DNA of 62,960 nt, filler included, from Choristocarpus tenellus KU-1152 (GCA_964200185.2; 9 parts of 9 records of this genome joined end to end with filler, not necessarily neighbours in it), one strand, 5' to 3'. Counted from the whole stretch's first letter, positions 36,109 to 50,568 are shown. The notes: a model not told the origin generated them from the sequence alone. Numbers and translations are program-made.

Positions 36109-37860
36109 ATGGACGGCAGGAGGTCGGTAAGCTTTGCAGAATGCCCAATCAGAGCTCAAGATACAGCAGTAGTGCAATGCAAGTATTGAATTCTCAACCC
36201 TCAATCTTACACCTCGTTAAATGGTGTTATCGCAACGAGGTATTATTATCACAGAGACAAACCTAGTCGCCTCACCCATTCTTGAATTCAGAGGGAGCGC
36301 GTTGACTCCGCTCGAGAGGTGAAAGCTCGAATCAGGGCTGGCAAGTCTGCCTTTGCTTGGGATGACACTGCAGAAAATTCGAGGGATCCGCCCTTTGAGG
36401 CTGCCCCGTCATCTTTGATCCACGTGCCAAGGCAAGATCAGCTTCCCTTCTACGACCTAGAAGCCCTCAAGGAAAAAATGTGCGAACTTCGGAGAGAACA
36501 AAAGGAGCACAATAGGGTAGAAGTCGAGCTCAACGAGGAATTGGTCACCGCGAAAAGGAAATTATCCGACATGCGGAAAGTCAAGCGCGATCTTTCAGCC
36601 GCCAAGGAGGTCGGAGAATCGCTTCGATTTAGGAACAGGCCTACATCGTTTCCTAAGGGCAAGACGGTCGGAGTTGGAGCGGGAAGGCGAGATAAATTTA
36701 TGGAGAACGAAGCAGAGCTAGCAGAGGTGAGGTAGACGACGCTAACCACAAGAGTCTAGAGGGTGCTAGAAGCAGGGCGGGATATATATACTCTCTTTGA
36801 GGTAGTCAGACGTGCCTCAAGGAAGCAGTTCGTTTATTTTATGTCATTACCGTACCGACAGCAGTTCAAAGCTAAGGACAGAATAATGGAACTTGGTCTG
36901 CTCAACGCTGAGCTAAACAAGGGGCAGGGGGAGTTAGAAAGCGAGATGGAGGCTACTAAGGCAGAGTTCATGTCGACAAGGGAGGACCTCAGCAGGGCCA
37001 GGAGGAGACTGGAGGCCATCCCCAAGAGGTTTACACAGAGCCTAAGGTTGGTGAAGGCGGAGGTGCAACAACTAGAGCAGGAGAAGCTCAAGCTAGAGGA
37101 GTCATCTCGGCAAAGGAAGCAAGAGGTTAGTTGAATCCATACTTGGTTGCCCATTACCGGACTGCTTCAACTGCATGGATTCTATATTATACCTTATATC
37201 AATACCTGGAGAAAGAGATAATTGTAACTACTTCAACGAGTACCAATAGTTTAGCGCCATGAAGCTGTTCTTAATGATTATGCTGATGGCAAAAATATTT
37301 AGTTCTGAATATCCTGATCCATTGCCCACTCGTCCTTGTCTGATAAAAAGGAGGAGTGTCACCTTGCTGTTGCCCGAAAGCAACTGTCATCCCTTAAATC
37401 CACACTTAGCGCAATCCTAGATGAGATCGATACAGTGGAGGAGGGCCGTGACAGGTGGGAATGCCAGCTACAAGTAGAGAAGGCAAGGGCTAATGCCGTT
37501 ATTGCACAACGGGAGGAGGTCATAATGGGGATGAAGCTTCAATATGGGGAAAATGCCCTTGAATGTGCAGCATTTAACTTAATCAATGCAGAAGGAGTCA
37601 CCTGTGATGCTGTTGATGATTGCAATCAGGGTCTACATGAACCAAAATTAGGATGGGGGGGAGATACCAATATCCTCCCATTATCCAAGGTGAAGAAGAC
37701 ATTGCAACGGTGCTACATGCCACTCTTCACTGTGACAGATGAGATGATAGCAGATGCTGTTCGAGCTACAAATGTGGAATTGATCAGAGGAAATTTTGTT
37801 AGCATGGAGGGCTTCTGCGCTTTGGGGGGATGGCTGAAGAAATATTCTCTCATGCAATGA
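36109..37860 (+). CDS. Hypothetical coiled-coil protein, 4 exons (36109-36126, 36292-36726, 36862-37125, 37351-37860), ~408 aa
   Basis: All phase-0 GT-AG introns join in frame; heptad-rich E/K/L/R sequence. Confidence 0.75.
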
Positions 37861-38302
37861 CAGGTAGATCTCATTGCTCTTTGAACGAGATGTTAGTCAC
37901 ATCAATTGCCTAACCTCTGGCTTCCTTTGACAGAACCAACTGGGTCCAAAGTTCAATCTTGAAGCTGCATTTCGAACCAAGGATGGTTAGAGTGAATCAA
38001 AACTTGACTCCTCCCTTATTAATGCTATGTGATGACATTGTATATTCAAAGTAGAAGCTAAATGTCTTGCATCTACAAAATTGCAGATAGTTGCAATCTC
38101 AGCTATGGAGAGAAAGATGCATTTACTTCCAACTACTAAGGTAGTGTCAGACTGACAATGTTTGAGATCACCACCGTTACTAACCCCTCTCCTGCACAAC
38201 CTTTATTGGTTCAAGTATTGGCTTCAAATACCACTAGTCCAAACCTTTGAGTCACAATATTCTACTCCATTTCAAGAGTACTCTAGAGTATTTCCTACTC
38301 CA

Positions 38303-38566
38303 GAGTCAAAGTATCTTAGTGGGTAGAGCAGCGTCCATATGGAGGCCAAAATCCAATATTGCGATTTTGATGTAATTTTGGCTATCGTATTTGTTAGGAA
38401 GTGTCATTATCCTTATTCCGGACACACCTTTTCATAACATATATATATATTTTACCTACTCCAAAATATTTTGGAGCAGGTAAAATATCATTAAAAAAAA
38501 CGTGGGAAGTCAACACCCAAACGGACAAACGGGTCAAAACTCATACCCTCTGAGATACTTTCACTC
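38303..38566 (+). mobile_element. MITE-A
   Basis: Both TIRs; flanks TCCA/TCTA. Confidence 0.93.
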
Positions 38567-38999
38567 TCTAGAGTCTTCTAAGAAAATAGTTTTGTAACTT
38601 ACCTTCAATTCTAATGTAAACAATATTCTGAACCCCAAACGTTGTGTATAGGTTGACCCAGCAATACCAAAAAAATATACATATGGAACATACACTCAGG
38701 AGTATTCAATGCATGTACTACTTCGTTTTGCACAAGTGAACCTGTATGTGTGCCCCAGCACAAGCAGGGTATGAGGGTGGTTGAGTATGGTCTTTGCTCT
38801 TACTGCTACAACATTAGTTTGTGCTGAACTACATTTACAGCTGCTTATACGCTCTCCTGGACTCAAAACATTCTTTGCTCATACCCCTCAGCAACCATGA
38901 GATCTCTTGCAAGCTGAAGCTCCCAAACTCTGAGTCAAATGGTTGTTACCTTTCCATTTTGACGAGTAATTGTTTCCCCTCCAAGAACAAGTCTCACAG

Positions 39000-41850
39000 C
39001 CCAATGACATGACTTGGAAATTCCTTCAGGCATATGCTGAAACTACAGGTTCATACCTATATAGAGTGAATGAATGCATCTATTGTAGAATTTCTCCTGA
39101 TGTGACAATATGGACTTGTTCCCAACTGAATGAGAACCACCTGATCCTGGTTCCCCCTGCGAAACCTGAGATTTTGATCCAGGACATGATTATGCCATTT
39201 GCACTAACGGCTGTTGCTGCTACCCACCATTTGCAATGTGGTATATCCCTGGTTGAGAAGTTTAGCAAGAACTCCCTCAAGCAAGGATTTGACAAAAATC
39301 TCAGATTGTTGGTAGGATCAACTTCTTGGTCATTCCTTGTCAAATAGTCCTTTAACCTTTGAATCTGACCTTAGTTCCTGCTGAAGCCAGCAACATGCCT
39401 GGTGATGTCTACTGCTGTGTTGTGGGTTATCAGAGTAGATGCATAAGATCCCCTGCATCAACCACCTCATGGCCCTGAATCCTATTCGACAATGATCTCA
39501 CACGTCTCCACATCTACATCCACATTTCAGTGAGTCAAGGGCAGGCCAGTCTTCCTTTCCCATACACCTCACACCCTCATTTTCTCTTCCTCTCCCTCCT
39601 AAATGGATTATCAATAAGCAACTAAGCAAATATTGTAGTCTGTATGTGCAAGTGCGCAGAAGCCCCCTTGTGGCCTGACTCTATTTATAACACTGTTGAT
39701 TCTTCTGTGGTTTTCCCCCCAGGGTTACCCATCAATTGGTTTTAGGTCGAAATCGGGGATGGGTGTCTATGACAGACATGCCAGGATCATCAACAGAAAG
39801 GGTAGAATAGGCCAATCATCCTCCTGGACAATAACTCTATAGTGCCACTATAGAATAGGCTGACATAGAGCACTACTGGGTGTTTGTTCTTCCAACCTAG
39901 GTTTCAAAGGAAAATATCATACCTCAATCTTCTTGTAGATGTTACCTTCTTGTCACATATTCAGTACTCCTGTTTGTGAGCCTCAGGTGACATTGTGGAA
40001 ATCTTTTCGGTCATAGGCACAGAGCCCATCCCAGGCGGCACACAGACACACCACTTGGTCCTGGAGCAAATGCCAGGTACCCCACCGGCTCAGGGCTAAT
40101 TGCAGATCATTTATGCACATTAGGTTGCAAGGTTCCAAGAACAGGGAAGGGAGGAATTTTAGCCAACTTGCATAATCTTAATCAGATGATATGCTAAAAA
40201 AATAAACGTATTTCTTAAGCTATGAACTCTCAAGTGAGATGAGAAGTAAAATTTTGAGCATAAATGCGAAGCTTTTGCTCTGACTACTCTGCACCTAAGT
40301 AGTGCACCCGGTAGGAATAATCCCTACAACAAGTCTATCAAGCAGTTCAAGGGAATACTGTGACATCAGGGAAGAAATATCAGCTTTGACGGAGCTCAAA
40401 GGTAGGATATCCTGGGGTTCTTGAGCTCTGCACAATTAAAATGGGCTTTGGAATAGAGGAACACTTGGGCAGCTTATTTCAGGGTAAGGCACTGATATAG
40501 GACTACCTGGACACCTTCCTTCCTTACCTGGGTGAAGCATACAGAGCAAGAGAAGCAAAGATTTCATTACCCATCCTCTCCCTTCCCGTATGAACCTAAA
40601 CTCATCTTTAACTGTCAAGGAATTTTGATACTGCTTCTAAATGTCAATGCTAGAGATGCAAAAACAACTTCGTTACCCTTCAACTTCTGTCAGTCAAACC
40701 TGACAGCTATGGTAGAGGATCTGGCTCTAGACCATACTACTCCTGAGACACCAAAAAGTATGAATGTCAGATGCTGATGTGCACTCAAGTGCTGATAGGG
40801 GAAAGCAAACACAACTGTGGTTGGGACTAATATATTTCTGTTTATCTGCTTTCGATACCGACATTTTCAAGACCCCCCACTTACTGGTGGGCATAGTCAC
40901 GCTAAGCATTGATGAGAGGGCGTATGCAGTCTTGCACAGACATAAGGATGGCAGCACCTCTGTTGCTTTGTACTGTGGCACCTCATCGAGCAGGAAAGGG
41001 AGGCTGTGCATGATGTAGTGGGGTTACAGCATCGAAATGTGGCCTGACATATGCCCAGATTGTACAGTTCTGCCATCAGTAACAGTATTTTACTTCTTGA
41101 CTATGTGTGCCCTTGCTGCTTCAGTCAGTTCTATTTCTCAATGTGCATAATTGGACCAGGGAAACTGAGTTTAGGGTTGGTTCGAGACGGAGATCAGGTA
41201 GTACCCTATTACTAGTTCAGTAGGGACCCTGATGGGACTTCGGTGGTGGTATACGTGAAAGAAGATTTAGTGGTTGACAAATGCAGCCGAAACCGTATGA
41301 CCTTCTCTGAGTTGCGAATGGTGAGAGAGGAAAGCATCACAATGTGGCTTAGGGACAAGATACAAGTTCTGTGTGTTTATACTTGGCAAATCCAACTTAA
41401 CTGTGACAGCAAATAATTTTCCCCCTGTGCCATGACAGATACTCCGGAGTATGTTCTCTAAGGTAAGTTCACTTTTTTCTGGAATTGTGCGAACTATTAC
41501 TGCACCTCTTTTGAATTCCCGTTCTCCATCTTTGGCAATGCAACAAAGTAGTGATCCTACATACTCTGAAAGGTCCTTTCAAAGCTCATGTTGTATGTTG
41601 ATTCTATATATCATATCAATTAGCCTGAAGATTCGTGTAGAGGTATATATTGGTCCTTTGGAGGTAGGAATCTTTTTGCAACTTGAATATGATTGACATG
41701 TACTTTGAAGAAAATATCCACTGCCTTCCACCTCCTCATGTTGTATAATGCTTCGTATATATTCAGAGAAGGAACAAAATTCGATCGTGCGAGGAAGGGA
41801 ACTCACCACCTTTCCCATTAACTGATCAGACGTTGGTAGTGACCGTTTAA
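39000..41850 (-). pseudogene. Highly decayed Ty3/Gypsy pol remnant
   Basis: Faint RT, RNase H (TDG.., Y.ATE..TDHQ-like) and integrase Zn-finger-like traces in Gypsy order; many stops. Confidence 0.4.
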
Positions 41851-42253
41851 GCGTACAAGTGACCTAAACTAACAATCCCCACGATTTAACTATCAACTGC
41901 AGTCACAGACCCTGATGCAAGAATGCGGTTCATCGTTGGGTACTAGGTGGTCAAGAGTTAAGAGGCGTCACAAACTTGACAACGGCTTGTGTAGTCCTTC
42001 AAGTCAGATTTGCTGACCACGGTAATGCCGTAGCTTTTCCTCCTACACCAAGAGGTAGAAATGAATGCTTTTGGGGCAAGCTTGGTGATATCAAACACAA
42101 CTCGAGGGTATGAACTTGCAATTGTCAATCCGCTTGTGGTAACGTATTGCCGTTATAGTTTCTCATACACCCATGATAACTCCAAGCCTTACGCTAAAAC
42201 ATCCAGACGCTACAGGTGCAATTAATGGACGCCACATACGACAAACAAATAAT

Positions 42254-44078
42254 ATGTCCTCGGTCAGCAAGACTAGAGGGGGGGTGGTATGGTTGCTTTG
42301 TCTTGTGTCCTCGACACATCTCGTCTATGCAGCGACGGTTCGATGGGCTGGTACCAATGGAGAATGGGCGGACGCCGCGAACTGGGATCCTCCCAATGTG
42401 CCAGGAAAGGATGATGTTGTAGTGATCCCATCCAGTGATTGGAATGCAACGGTCACCTTATCATCGAATGCCACGGTGTCAGGTCTAGCTCTGTCTGGAG
42501 GAACTCTCAGTGTGACAGGACCGTCTGTCTTAAACGTCAAGTCTGCGTTGAACTTCACCAAAGGTGACAATAAGGGGCTGGGGAGGCACGGCCATGACTG
42601 CAATCGTAGGGAACGACGCCGGGAAAGTAAATCGTATCAGAGTAGAAATGAATATATATGCCATATCTCTGGGGCTGCTCCGGCCAGAGAAGCGAATATC
42701 CCAGAGTTCATGGCGATGTCCTGGATTTTCAAACAGAAATGCTTGACCTCGTGGAGCTCTCAACTGATAGATTCCCTATGTAGTGATGCTATTTTCAAAC
42801 AAGTGTTTGAAGCTACCGACATCCTTTTGCTAATCTTGATTTCCTACTACTCTTCCCTCATGCCATCCATCGTATATTTTGCAGGCACCCTTGCAGGAGA
42901 AGCGCAATCTAAGATTCTGATAGATGGAGATTGCAATGCTGTCTTCTCAGGCGATGATGACAAAAATATTGAAGCCCTCACTTTTTGTGTAGCGGGCAAT
43001 ATCCTATGGACTTCTGGGGATATCGTGCTCTTTGCGGCGGCTGAAGTGGTTGTGCAGGGAGGGGCGATCAAGATAACTGCTCGCAATTTTGCCCTAAAGC
43101 GTAGTACTGCCTACTATAGCTTTACTGAGGTCAAGAGTGCCTACTTGAACACAGAGGTAAGGTTGTGATTGGGAATGGCAAGCAGTAGCCCGGATAATCC
43201 TCCCTTCACTCGAATGAATAAAGAAAGGGTCAGATATGTTTTAAAATATTAATTCTAGTTCCAAAGATTTGGTGTAAGATTATATCTTCTTAGGTGGAAA
43301 TGACATCAACACACAGTATTGGCGGCAGTAACAAACCTTTCGACAAAACATTTATATCCCCTGCCCCAACAAATTTCTACTCTCTGTCAATCAAACAGGC
43401 TGACTTGGCTTTTATTCTCCCTGCAAACGAGGCTCTATTTGATATGGAGATTGCTGAAGCTGTGAGAGGTAAAGATTCAACACGTCAGGGGCTTCCACAT
43501 ACTGAGTCAATTGATTTTCTTAATCACTCTTGTTCAAGTGGTATTCTATCACCAAATATTCTGTTCGACCATTTCTTAGCACCCCTGATACCTCCCACAA
43601 ATGCTGCATCACTTCTGATCCCACCAGGCCACACACACTCTTGCCAGCAAACCCTCCTATCCTAACTTGAGAATAGAATAGTTCTGGTTGTCGACTTGGA
43701 ATGAAGACTAGGGAGCTGTTCTGCTATGCACACCTTGGTTCTCCTCAATTCAAATCATTCATAACTTAGAGCATCTTGGTGACGTGGCAAACACGCAAAC
43801 TATGCAAAGTACTTCAGTGCACGTGCTGAGCAGTAGTGTGACTGAGCTTATTACATTAAGAATGATTATCTTTGTTATCACCCTTCCCTTTGCCATGTTG
43901 ACCCTGTCATTGACATTTCCACCGCCTCTTGTCCTCTACCCTAACATGTCAAATGCAGATTTGGACCGCAGTGGTGAAATGTTCGCGCTCAACGTTGCCC
44001 GTGATACCCAGGCACAGACCCTCTACGATAGGGTCGGTCTTGCCTCAGATACCACATTGTACTATGCAAGAGTTGCAG
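42254..44078 (+). CDS. 5' part of a secreted beta-strand-repeat (autotransporter/adhesin-like) protein; exons 42254-42563, 42885-43156, 43399-43468, 43959-44078
   Basis: Signal peptide, then WAGTNGEWADAANWDPPNVPGKDDVVVI motif and LSGGTLSV repeats; splice phases 1,0,1 consistent. Confidence 0.75.
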
Positions 44079-44838
44079 GTGAGTTGCAAACAGAGAGTGG
44101 AAGGACAACCAAAATGTTACAAAATTTGGATCTACTTGCCAATTACATATGGAAGTAAGGATGAAAATTATGAGATTACAAAGATGGTTGGTAAGGGAGA
44201 GGAGCGCCAGCAGTGTCAGCATAGGGAATAAATCGTGTGCTTGGAGTACAATTTGTGAAAAAAAAGAGTCAAAATCCGTAAGTGACTGTAATAATCTCAG
44301 ACGAACAGAATAAAGAGCTAACGTATAGTTGCTGAGAGACCAAGAAAAATGCCGAGGAGGAGAGATGCAGGGATCAGTGGGCCAGTGCTTGTTGTTCTTT
44401 TGTACCTGGGCAATATTCATGCCCAGTACAGGCTCAGAGTATCTGGGGGGNNNNNNNNNNNNNNNNNNNNNNNNNNNNNNNNNNNNNNNNNNNNTTAATT
44501 AATTAANNNNNNNNNNNNNNNNNNNNNNNNNNNNNNNNNNNNNNNNNNNNATATGAGAACACTTCTCGTATATAAGGAAATACTTACGATTTTATGGGGT
44601 ACTGCATGCCCATCTTAACCTTAATCAATCCCTCTACAAACATCAAACAATCTCTCTGGGTTTATGACCTTTATTGTTTTTGATGATTTGGACGATACTC
44701 TAACAAAATACGCCTCATGTCCTTTCACTCCACAAACGTAGCATGAACCTGTACAGGATCCAGAACGTGACGAAACAGCAGTGGGGCAAGAGGATTGAAA
44801 GTGTAGTCCTCCACACAGTCAGCACTGCACACGTCCCG

Positions 44839-45021
44839 AGACCAAAGTATCTGGGGGGGGGGGGTGGTGGTCTACACCAGGGTGTCCATTTGGACCAAAA
44901 TCAGGAAAAGTATACATTTATGTTATCCATCCGACGTATGAAACTAAATCACCCAAAAATAGCGACATGAGAAAATTGACTCTAAATGGACAGCCTCCAC
45001 CCCCCCCAGATACGCTGGACC
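44839..45021 (+). mobile_element. MITE-B (another MITE-B end at 44431-44450)
   Basis: ACCAAAGTATCTGGGG..GTCTACACCAGGGTGTCCATTTGG..AAATGGACAGCC. Confidence 0.88.
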
Positions 45022-45411
45022 TGAATGCCTATCTTTTTGAAAAAAAGTACCTCCACCTCTCGAACGGGCTCCTCCCACCATCAATGCACCTCCATTACTC
45101 GACATCCGTCGTTCTGGTTGACTTTTAAGAAGGTGATAAATTTCGAAGACTCTTCTTTGAAGGTCAAGTCTCGCTGGATGTCCTCTCCCAGTAACCTGTA
45201 CAATCTCAATAAAATTTCTTCCGTTAAGCAATTGTGCATTGCACTAAGTTGGTCCTCTTCACCAGGTTTCATCTTAAATTGATCTCATTTTCCTGACAAT
45301 GCTGTCCAGTTGCATGATGACCGTCCAGTGGGCGGATCCCCCCCCACAAGTAGGTGTAGCGAATTTAGCTTTGACCTCATGATAGCTCTCTCCCTGATAA
45401 CACTTCTGGTG

Positions 45412-46380
45412 AAGCTTCAGACGGACTGTCATGGTTGTCCGTCACTAGTTTCGCTACTCTGTCCAAATCCATCACTAGAGCTGCCATGTCCATATTTGCT
45501 TTCTCAACTTCTCATTCTGGCCATTTTGATTGATCGAAGAAATCATAACTGACCCCGATGGGATCATCGGAAAGCAGTACGTCCTTCCAGTCACCCATAG
45601 TGGCATATGAAAGAGAAATTCTCTCAAATATAGCCACTAAAAACCTTGAACTTTGACCGCAATGTTATCAGTCGTCACATTCCCTCTCCAGCTGGCGGCA
45701 CTTGTTGCGCGATTCCCCTAACCACCTCTACATCTTCATCCCCAGACTCAACCACCCCTCCACCGTCTTCAACTGTGTTGTAGGTGTTATGTCTCCATAC
45801 TCCGCTCTTCTCGAAGTACGTTTTCTATAACCGATGGCTGCCTCCATCGGGACTCCCTCTCAAATCAATCTAACGGTAGCCTTGAAAACTTAGCACACTT
45901 CAATAAGTAATGCAAAGTCATCAAGGCTAGCGTTAAATCGGTTTGAGGGGCAGTCTTGATGGAGGGGAGTATAAAGACACGACACCTACAACACCAGTTG
46001 AAGACAGTGGAGGGGTGGTTGGATCTGAGGATGAAGATGAAGAGGTGGCTAGGAGAACCGAGCAACAAGTGACACCAACTGGGCAGGGAATGCAACGACT
46101 GATATCATTGCTGTCGAAGTTCAAGGTTTATAGTGGCAACGATGATGGGGAAGGGTATGCTACATTTGAGAGAAATTTCCTTTCATGTGCCGCTATGGGT
46201 AGCTGGAAGGACGTACTGCTTTCGCATCAGGGTCAGTTACGACTTCTTCGATCAATCAAAATGACCAGAATGAGAAGTTAAGAAAGCAAGACTTAGTATG
46301 GACATGGCAGCTCTGGTGATGACTTTGGACGGATTCGCAAAACAAGTGACAGACAACCATGACAGTCCATCTGAACCTTT
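45412..46380. repeat. Inverted pair of ~400 bp LTR-gag-like fragments (45412-45802 minus, 45967-46380 plus)
   Basis: Shared ACACCTACAACAC..GTTGAAGAC and GGACATGGCAGCTCT..GACAACCATGACAGTCC; SKFKVYSG..YATFERNF. Confidence 0.8.
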
Positions 46381-47843
46381 TCAACCTAGTATGTTCAAGA
46401 AATTGATGTTCCCAAGACTTGTGTATGTAGATGACTCGATTAATTCCTTGTTGTGAAGAACAGGTTGTACATTCATTCGAAGAAAGGAAGATAAAAGGAG
46501 GAGTGAACATCCAAGCCCCAAAAGGGGGGGTTCCTTGTCACCTTAACTTAATATTCTAATAACTCATCACTCATTCGGTGTTAATTGCTACAACGTTCCG
46601 TTTCTAGGATTCTTCTTGTTGTACCATAATAACCCGGATAATTTCTGATGGTGACTCAACAGAAACATTCCTATCAATTTTCCCCCTTATCGAATAATAG
46701 TCCAACAAACTGATTTTGTCCTACAAAATCTTCTTTTGCACATAAATATAATGCATGATCGAAACACATGCTTTGAAGTGTAGACATGATAATTAGCACC
46801 TCTGGAACATGTTGTGTTTGTGTATGGTACAAGTAGCAAATTTAAGGCGCATCATCCAATTCATGGTGAAGACACAAATCTGAGGGGTAACGCGTTTGAC
46901 TGACTCAATGAGATTCTTCCCATGTTTTTAGATCGTCTTCATAGTGACGGTGTAGGAGTAGTTCAGTTCACCTACTAGTGTGTGCATGTCACCGATATGT
47001 TCGTTGGTTGTTCGCCCCCTCATGACATCTATCTGCAAGCTTCAGTGGCCACGAAAGATGGAATTTGTGCTGATTGGTCAGGGTTGGTGTAACATATAAT
47101 TTGAGGACTATGTGTTAGCGTGCCCCTCAGAACTCACCTCTACAGGAGGTACAACTCAAATCCAACGATCTTAAAACGACGCTATGGGGGCGTTGCCCTT
47201 GGTAACAGTTTGTGGGGTGCCAGGTGTCCTTCTCTTCTTGATATTCCACTCAGTGCTTAGCTCAAAGCTCGACTCAAAGTTTCGTTCAAGGTAAAAAGTA
47301 AGGACTGAATGTAAATAGGGGTGATCGTTTGACCAAGAGCTCTCTTATTATTTTCATCATCCACCCAATTTCTTTGGTCTTCTATGCAACTGCTCTACAC
47401 GTACTCCAATCACAAATCTTTATTCTGCAACTTCTTAGGGACTTTGACAAATAAATGTTACGTATGCATTCCGAATCTTACTCTGTATCTTCTATGAAAT
47501 CATAATTTATTCTGTGTTACTAATATCGTATATTGTTCGCACTTGTTAGAACGCGAGAAACAATACTCGCACTATACGTCTGTCACAAATGTTCGTGTTT
47601 ACTAAAACATGGGAAGAAATGCTCGCGCTATTTGTGTGTAACAAATGCTCGCACTTCGTTGGAACACAAGAAGAAACGCTCACGCTATTCACCTGTAACA
47701 TACTTAGGCACCATTGTATGCCTACTGGCATGTTGTATATAGATAGATATTGCCGTAGGGGGGATAGGCAGCAGCATTATTAGAGAGAGAGAACTCAACA
47801 GATTCTCTACTACTTAAAATGAAAATCTTCCAATAATGTACTT

Positions 47844-48108
47844 GAGTCAAAGTATCTTAGAGGGTAGAGCCACGTCCATTTGGGGGCCGAAATCCAATGT
47901 TGCAATTTTGATGTAATATTGGGTATCATGTTTGTTAGGAGATGATGTCAACATCCTTGTTCCGGACGCGCCTTTTCATAATGTATACATTTTACCCACT
48001 CCGAAATATTTTGGAGTAGGTAAAATGTCATTAAAAACCAGTGGGAATCCAAGCCTTAAATAGTGGACAAAAAGGGAAAACCTCGTACCCTCTAAGATAC
48101 ATTCACTC
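47844..48108 (+). mobile_element. MITE-A
   Basis: Both TIRs; flanks ACTT/ACTG. Confidence 0.93.
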
Positions 48109-50501
48109 ACTGGCAGTATTTGCAACAGCATACTTGAAAACAAGAAGCTAACTCTACCCACTCTAAGAACCGATATAATTGTAATGTATCTAAAAACAAA
48201 GAAACACATTACGGTAGTGCACACAGCTGAAACTCGTCCTAGACTGGCACCATGGAGGTAGTCTAGAAACAGGGGAAGAATCGCACGGGTTGGTCAAGCC
48301 TGCATCACCCCCCACCCCTGTATCTCAAGCGTTATGTGCATGACGAGCCCTGAAATTGTCACTTGTGACCCTATGGACACAAACCTATCATAGACGTGCC
48401 TTCACAGCTCACCTTGTACTAAAACCCTTGCCCCCCTATCTATGCCAGTTGCGAGCTCTGCTCTGCCTGTATGTTGAAACATCCAAACCCTTTCCGCATG
48501 AAGGTGATGAGGTTAAACTATCAAGGGTCAAGATATCCCTCCTTGTATTGCAGTACTAGTCATACTACTTCAAGGTTACAGCAACTTGAGGAAACATATA
48601 ATGTTCATATACAGGGAGTATGCAGGACATATAAGAATGCAAGTTAATAGATATATTTTATAATGTTATGGGGGTTGCAGTTAAGGGTGCGTGTGTGTGG
48701 ATCGCTTATATTCCGTATTCCTGTTGTCCTGAATGGTGTAAACCAGAGTATAGCTTCCTTTGCCAGTAGACTTGAATTTCACTTTGTTTGGCGTTTGCCT
48801 GCAGAACACAAATAATACGCACTCGAACAGAGTTGAACTCAAGGAACTGATCGCGTTTTTCTCCCACTCTCCTTGTCTTGTTTCGGACTCTTCTTTTGAA
48901 ACTTATAAAAGGGATAGTCGCTGCTGAAGTGGATGAGGTTTACTTGTCACATGGTGCTAGGAGATAAATGACGCCTAATAGGTATCTGTGTTTTCAATAG
49001 GTGGTTTAGTTTAGATGTACCTGATTGGTGTTGGATAGGAAGTACCTGCTCTCTCAAAAGGAGCAGGTTCACTTTGAGTTGCTCGATCTATTTGAGCTTG
49101 TTGGAGATTGAAAAATGTTTGAGTTCAATGTGGGTCAGTCGCTCCTGCCTAGTAGTAGGCTGTGAGAGGGTCGTGTACGAACAATCAATAGGTAGATGTG
49201 CAGAGTCTGGATATAATGGGAAACTGTTTCTTTGGAAGAGCCTGGTCTTCGAAGAGAATTTCTGTTTCAGGTATGAAGAATCAAGAGGTATGTTGTTCAC
49301 TACCTCAATTCCACCATCCTCACCCGATCAGGTACAACAAGCTAATCCAACAGTCAACCCTCTCCCCCTTCCTGATCTGGTAGGCAAGGGCAACCAAGGG
49401 ATTATACTTTCACAGTAATATTTATATAACGAGTCAACTCACCCTCACTACCAAAAAGGGGGAGATGGACAATGTTTAAGCTGCAATCGTCCTACTCCCA
49501 CCTTGGACCTCTTCACTCTCCCTTTCCCATCCATCTGCCCGCGTTGAAAATCTTGTCCCAACTTAATTAGTAAGCAAACTGGGTCTTTGAATGGTTTGTA
49601 TGTCCATTACCTTGTCCACGGTCCCATTCCACAAGGGCCACTCCTCTGACTCCATTGCCTCTCGCATTTTCAATTCCCGCTCAATTCCAGGCAACTCCTC
49701 CAATAGTTCGCCTGGTTCAGATGTAGGGTCATTTTCGGGGTACGTGTCACAGTACTTTCTTCCTCACATTCTCCTGCTGCGACAGCGGGTCCATATCACC
49801 AATGGCAGTGTCCAACCGTTTTTCTAACTCATTTTGCTCCATCACCAACCCCCTTGCATTTCCTGCTACCACAGGACTTGACAGGACTTTCATAGCAGCA
49901 TCTTGGCTGGACTCATCCATAGTCCCACTCAGATCTGGTTCAACTTCCTCAGCCACCAAACCCCCTACGTGTTTGTCAGTTTTGACATAGTGTTGTTCTA
50001 GCAGTTGAGAGGTACGGACTATGTAGTACTACTGTGTACAGTAGACTGAGTAAGTCAACCCTACTGTCCTACAGTAGTGGGAGGGGAAGAGCGTAGCACC
50101 CAGGGCAGGTGATCAAGTGGTGTAACTGGTGGTTGTGAAATGAAAGCAAGAAGTATTACATATTTTCAATAACACACACGACTGGCCCACTGTTCAACTT
50201 CCTCAGCCATCAAACACCCTACCCCAGATCCATATATGGGGACTCTAATGTTGCATTCGTACTTGTTGACCCCCCTGGATCAGTAACTGCCCATGCCATC
50301 TTTGGGGTGGGTCCCTCCCCCCCGACAATCCCCCCTGGGGCTATGGCATTCACTTCAACTCTCTCAGGGGGAAGCGTACGCTTCATTACAGCATCCTCCA
50401 CNNNNNNNNNNNNNNNNNNNNNNNNNNNNNNNNNNNNNNNNNNNNTTAATTAATTAANNNNNNNNNNNNNNNNNNNNNNNNNNNNNNNNNNNNNNNNNNN
50501 N

Positions 50502-50568
50502 ATGGGAAGCCAAGCCCCACAAATGGACAAACAGAGAAATATTCGTACCCTCTAAGATAGTTTCACTC
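50502..50568 (+). mobile_element. MITE-A end at contig start
   Basis: CCAAGCCCCACAAATGGAC..TACCCTCTAAGATAGTTTCACTC. Confidence 0.85.

Noticed and set aside
42173-43168. 331-aa single ORF
   Set aside because: Two exons bridged by a stop-free intron; start is more likely 42254
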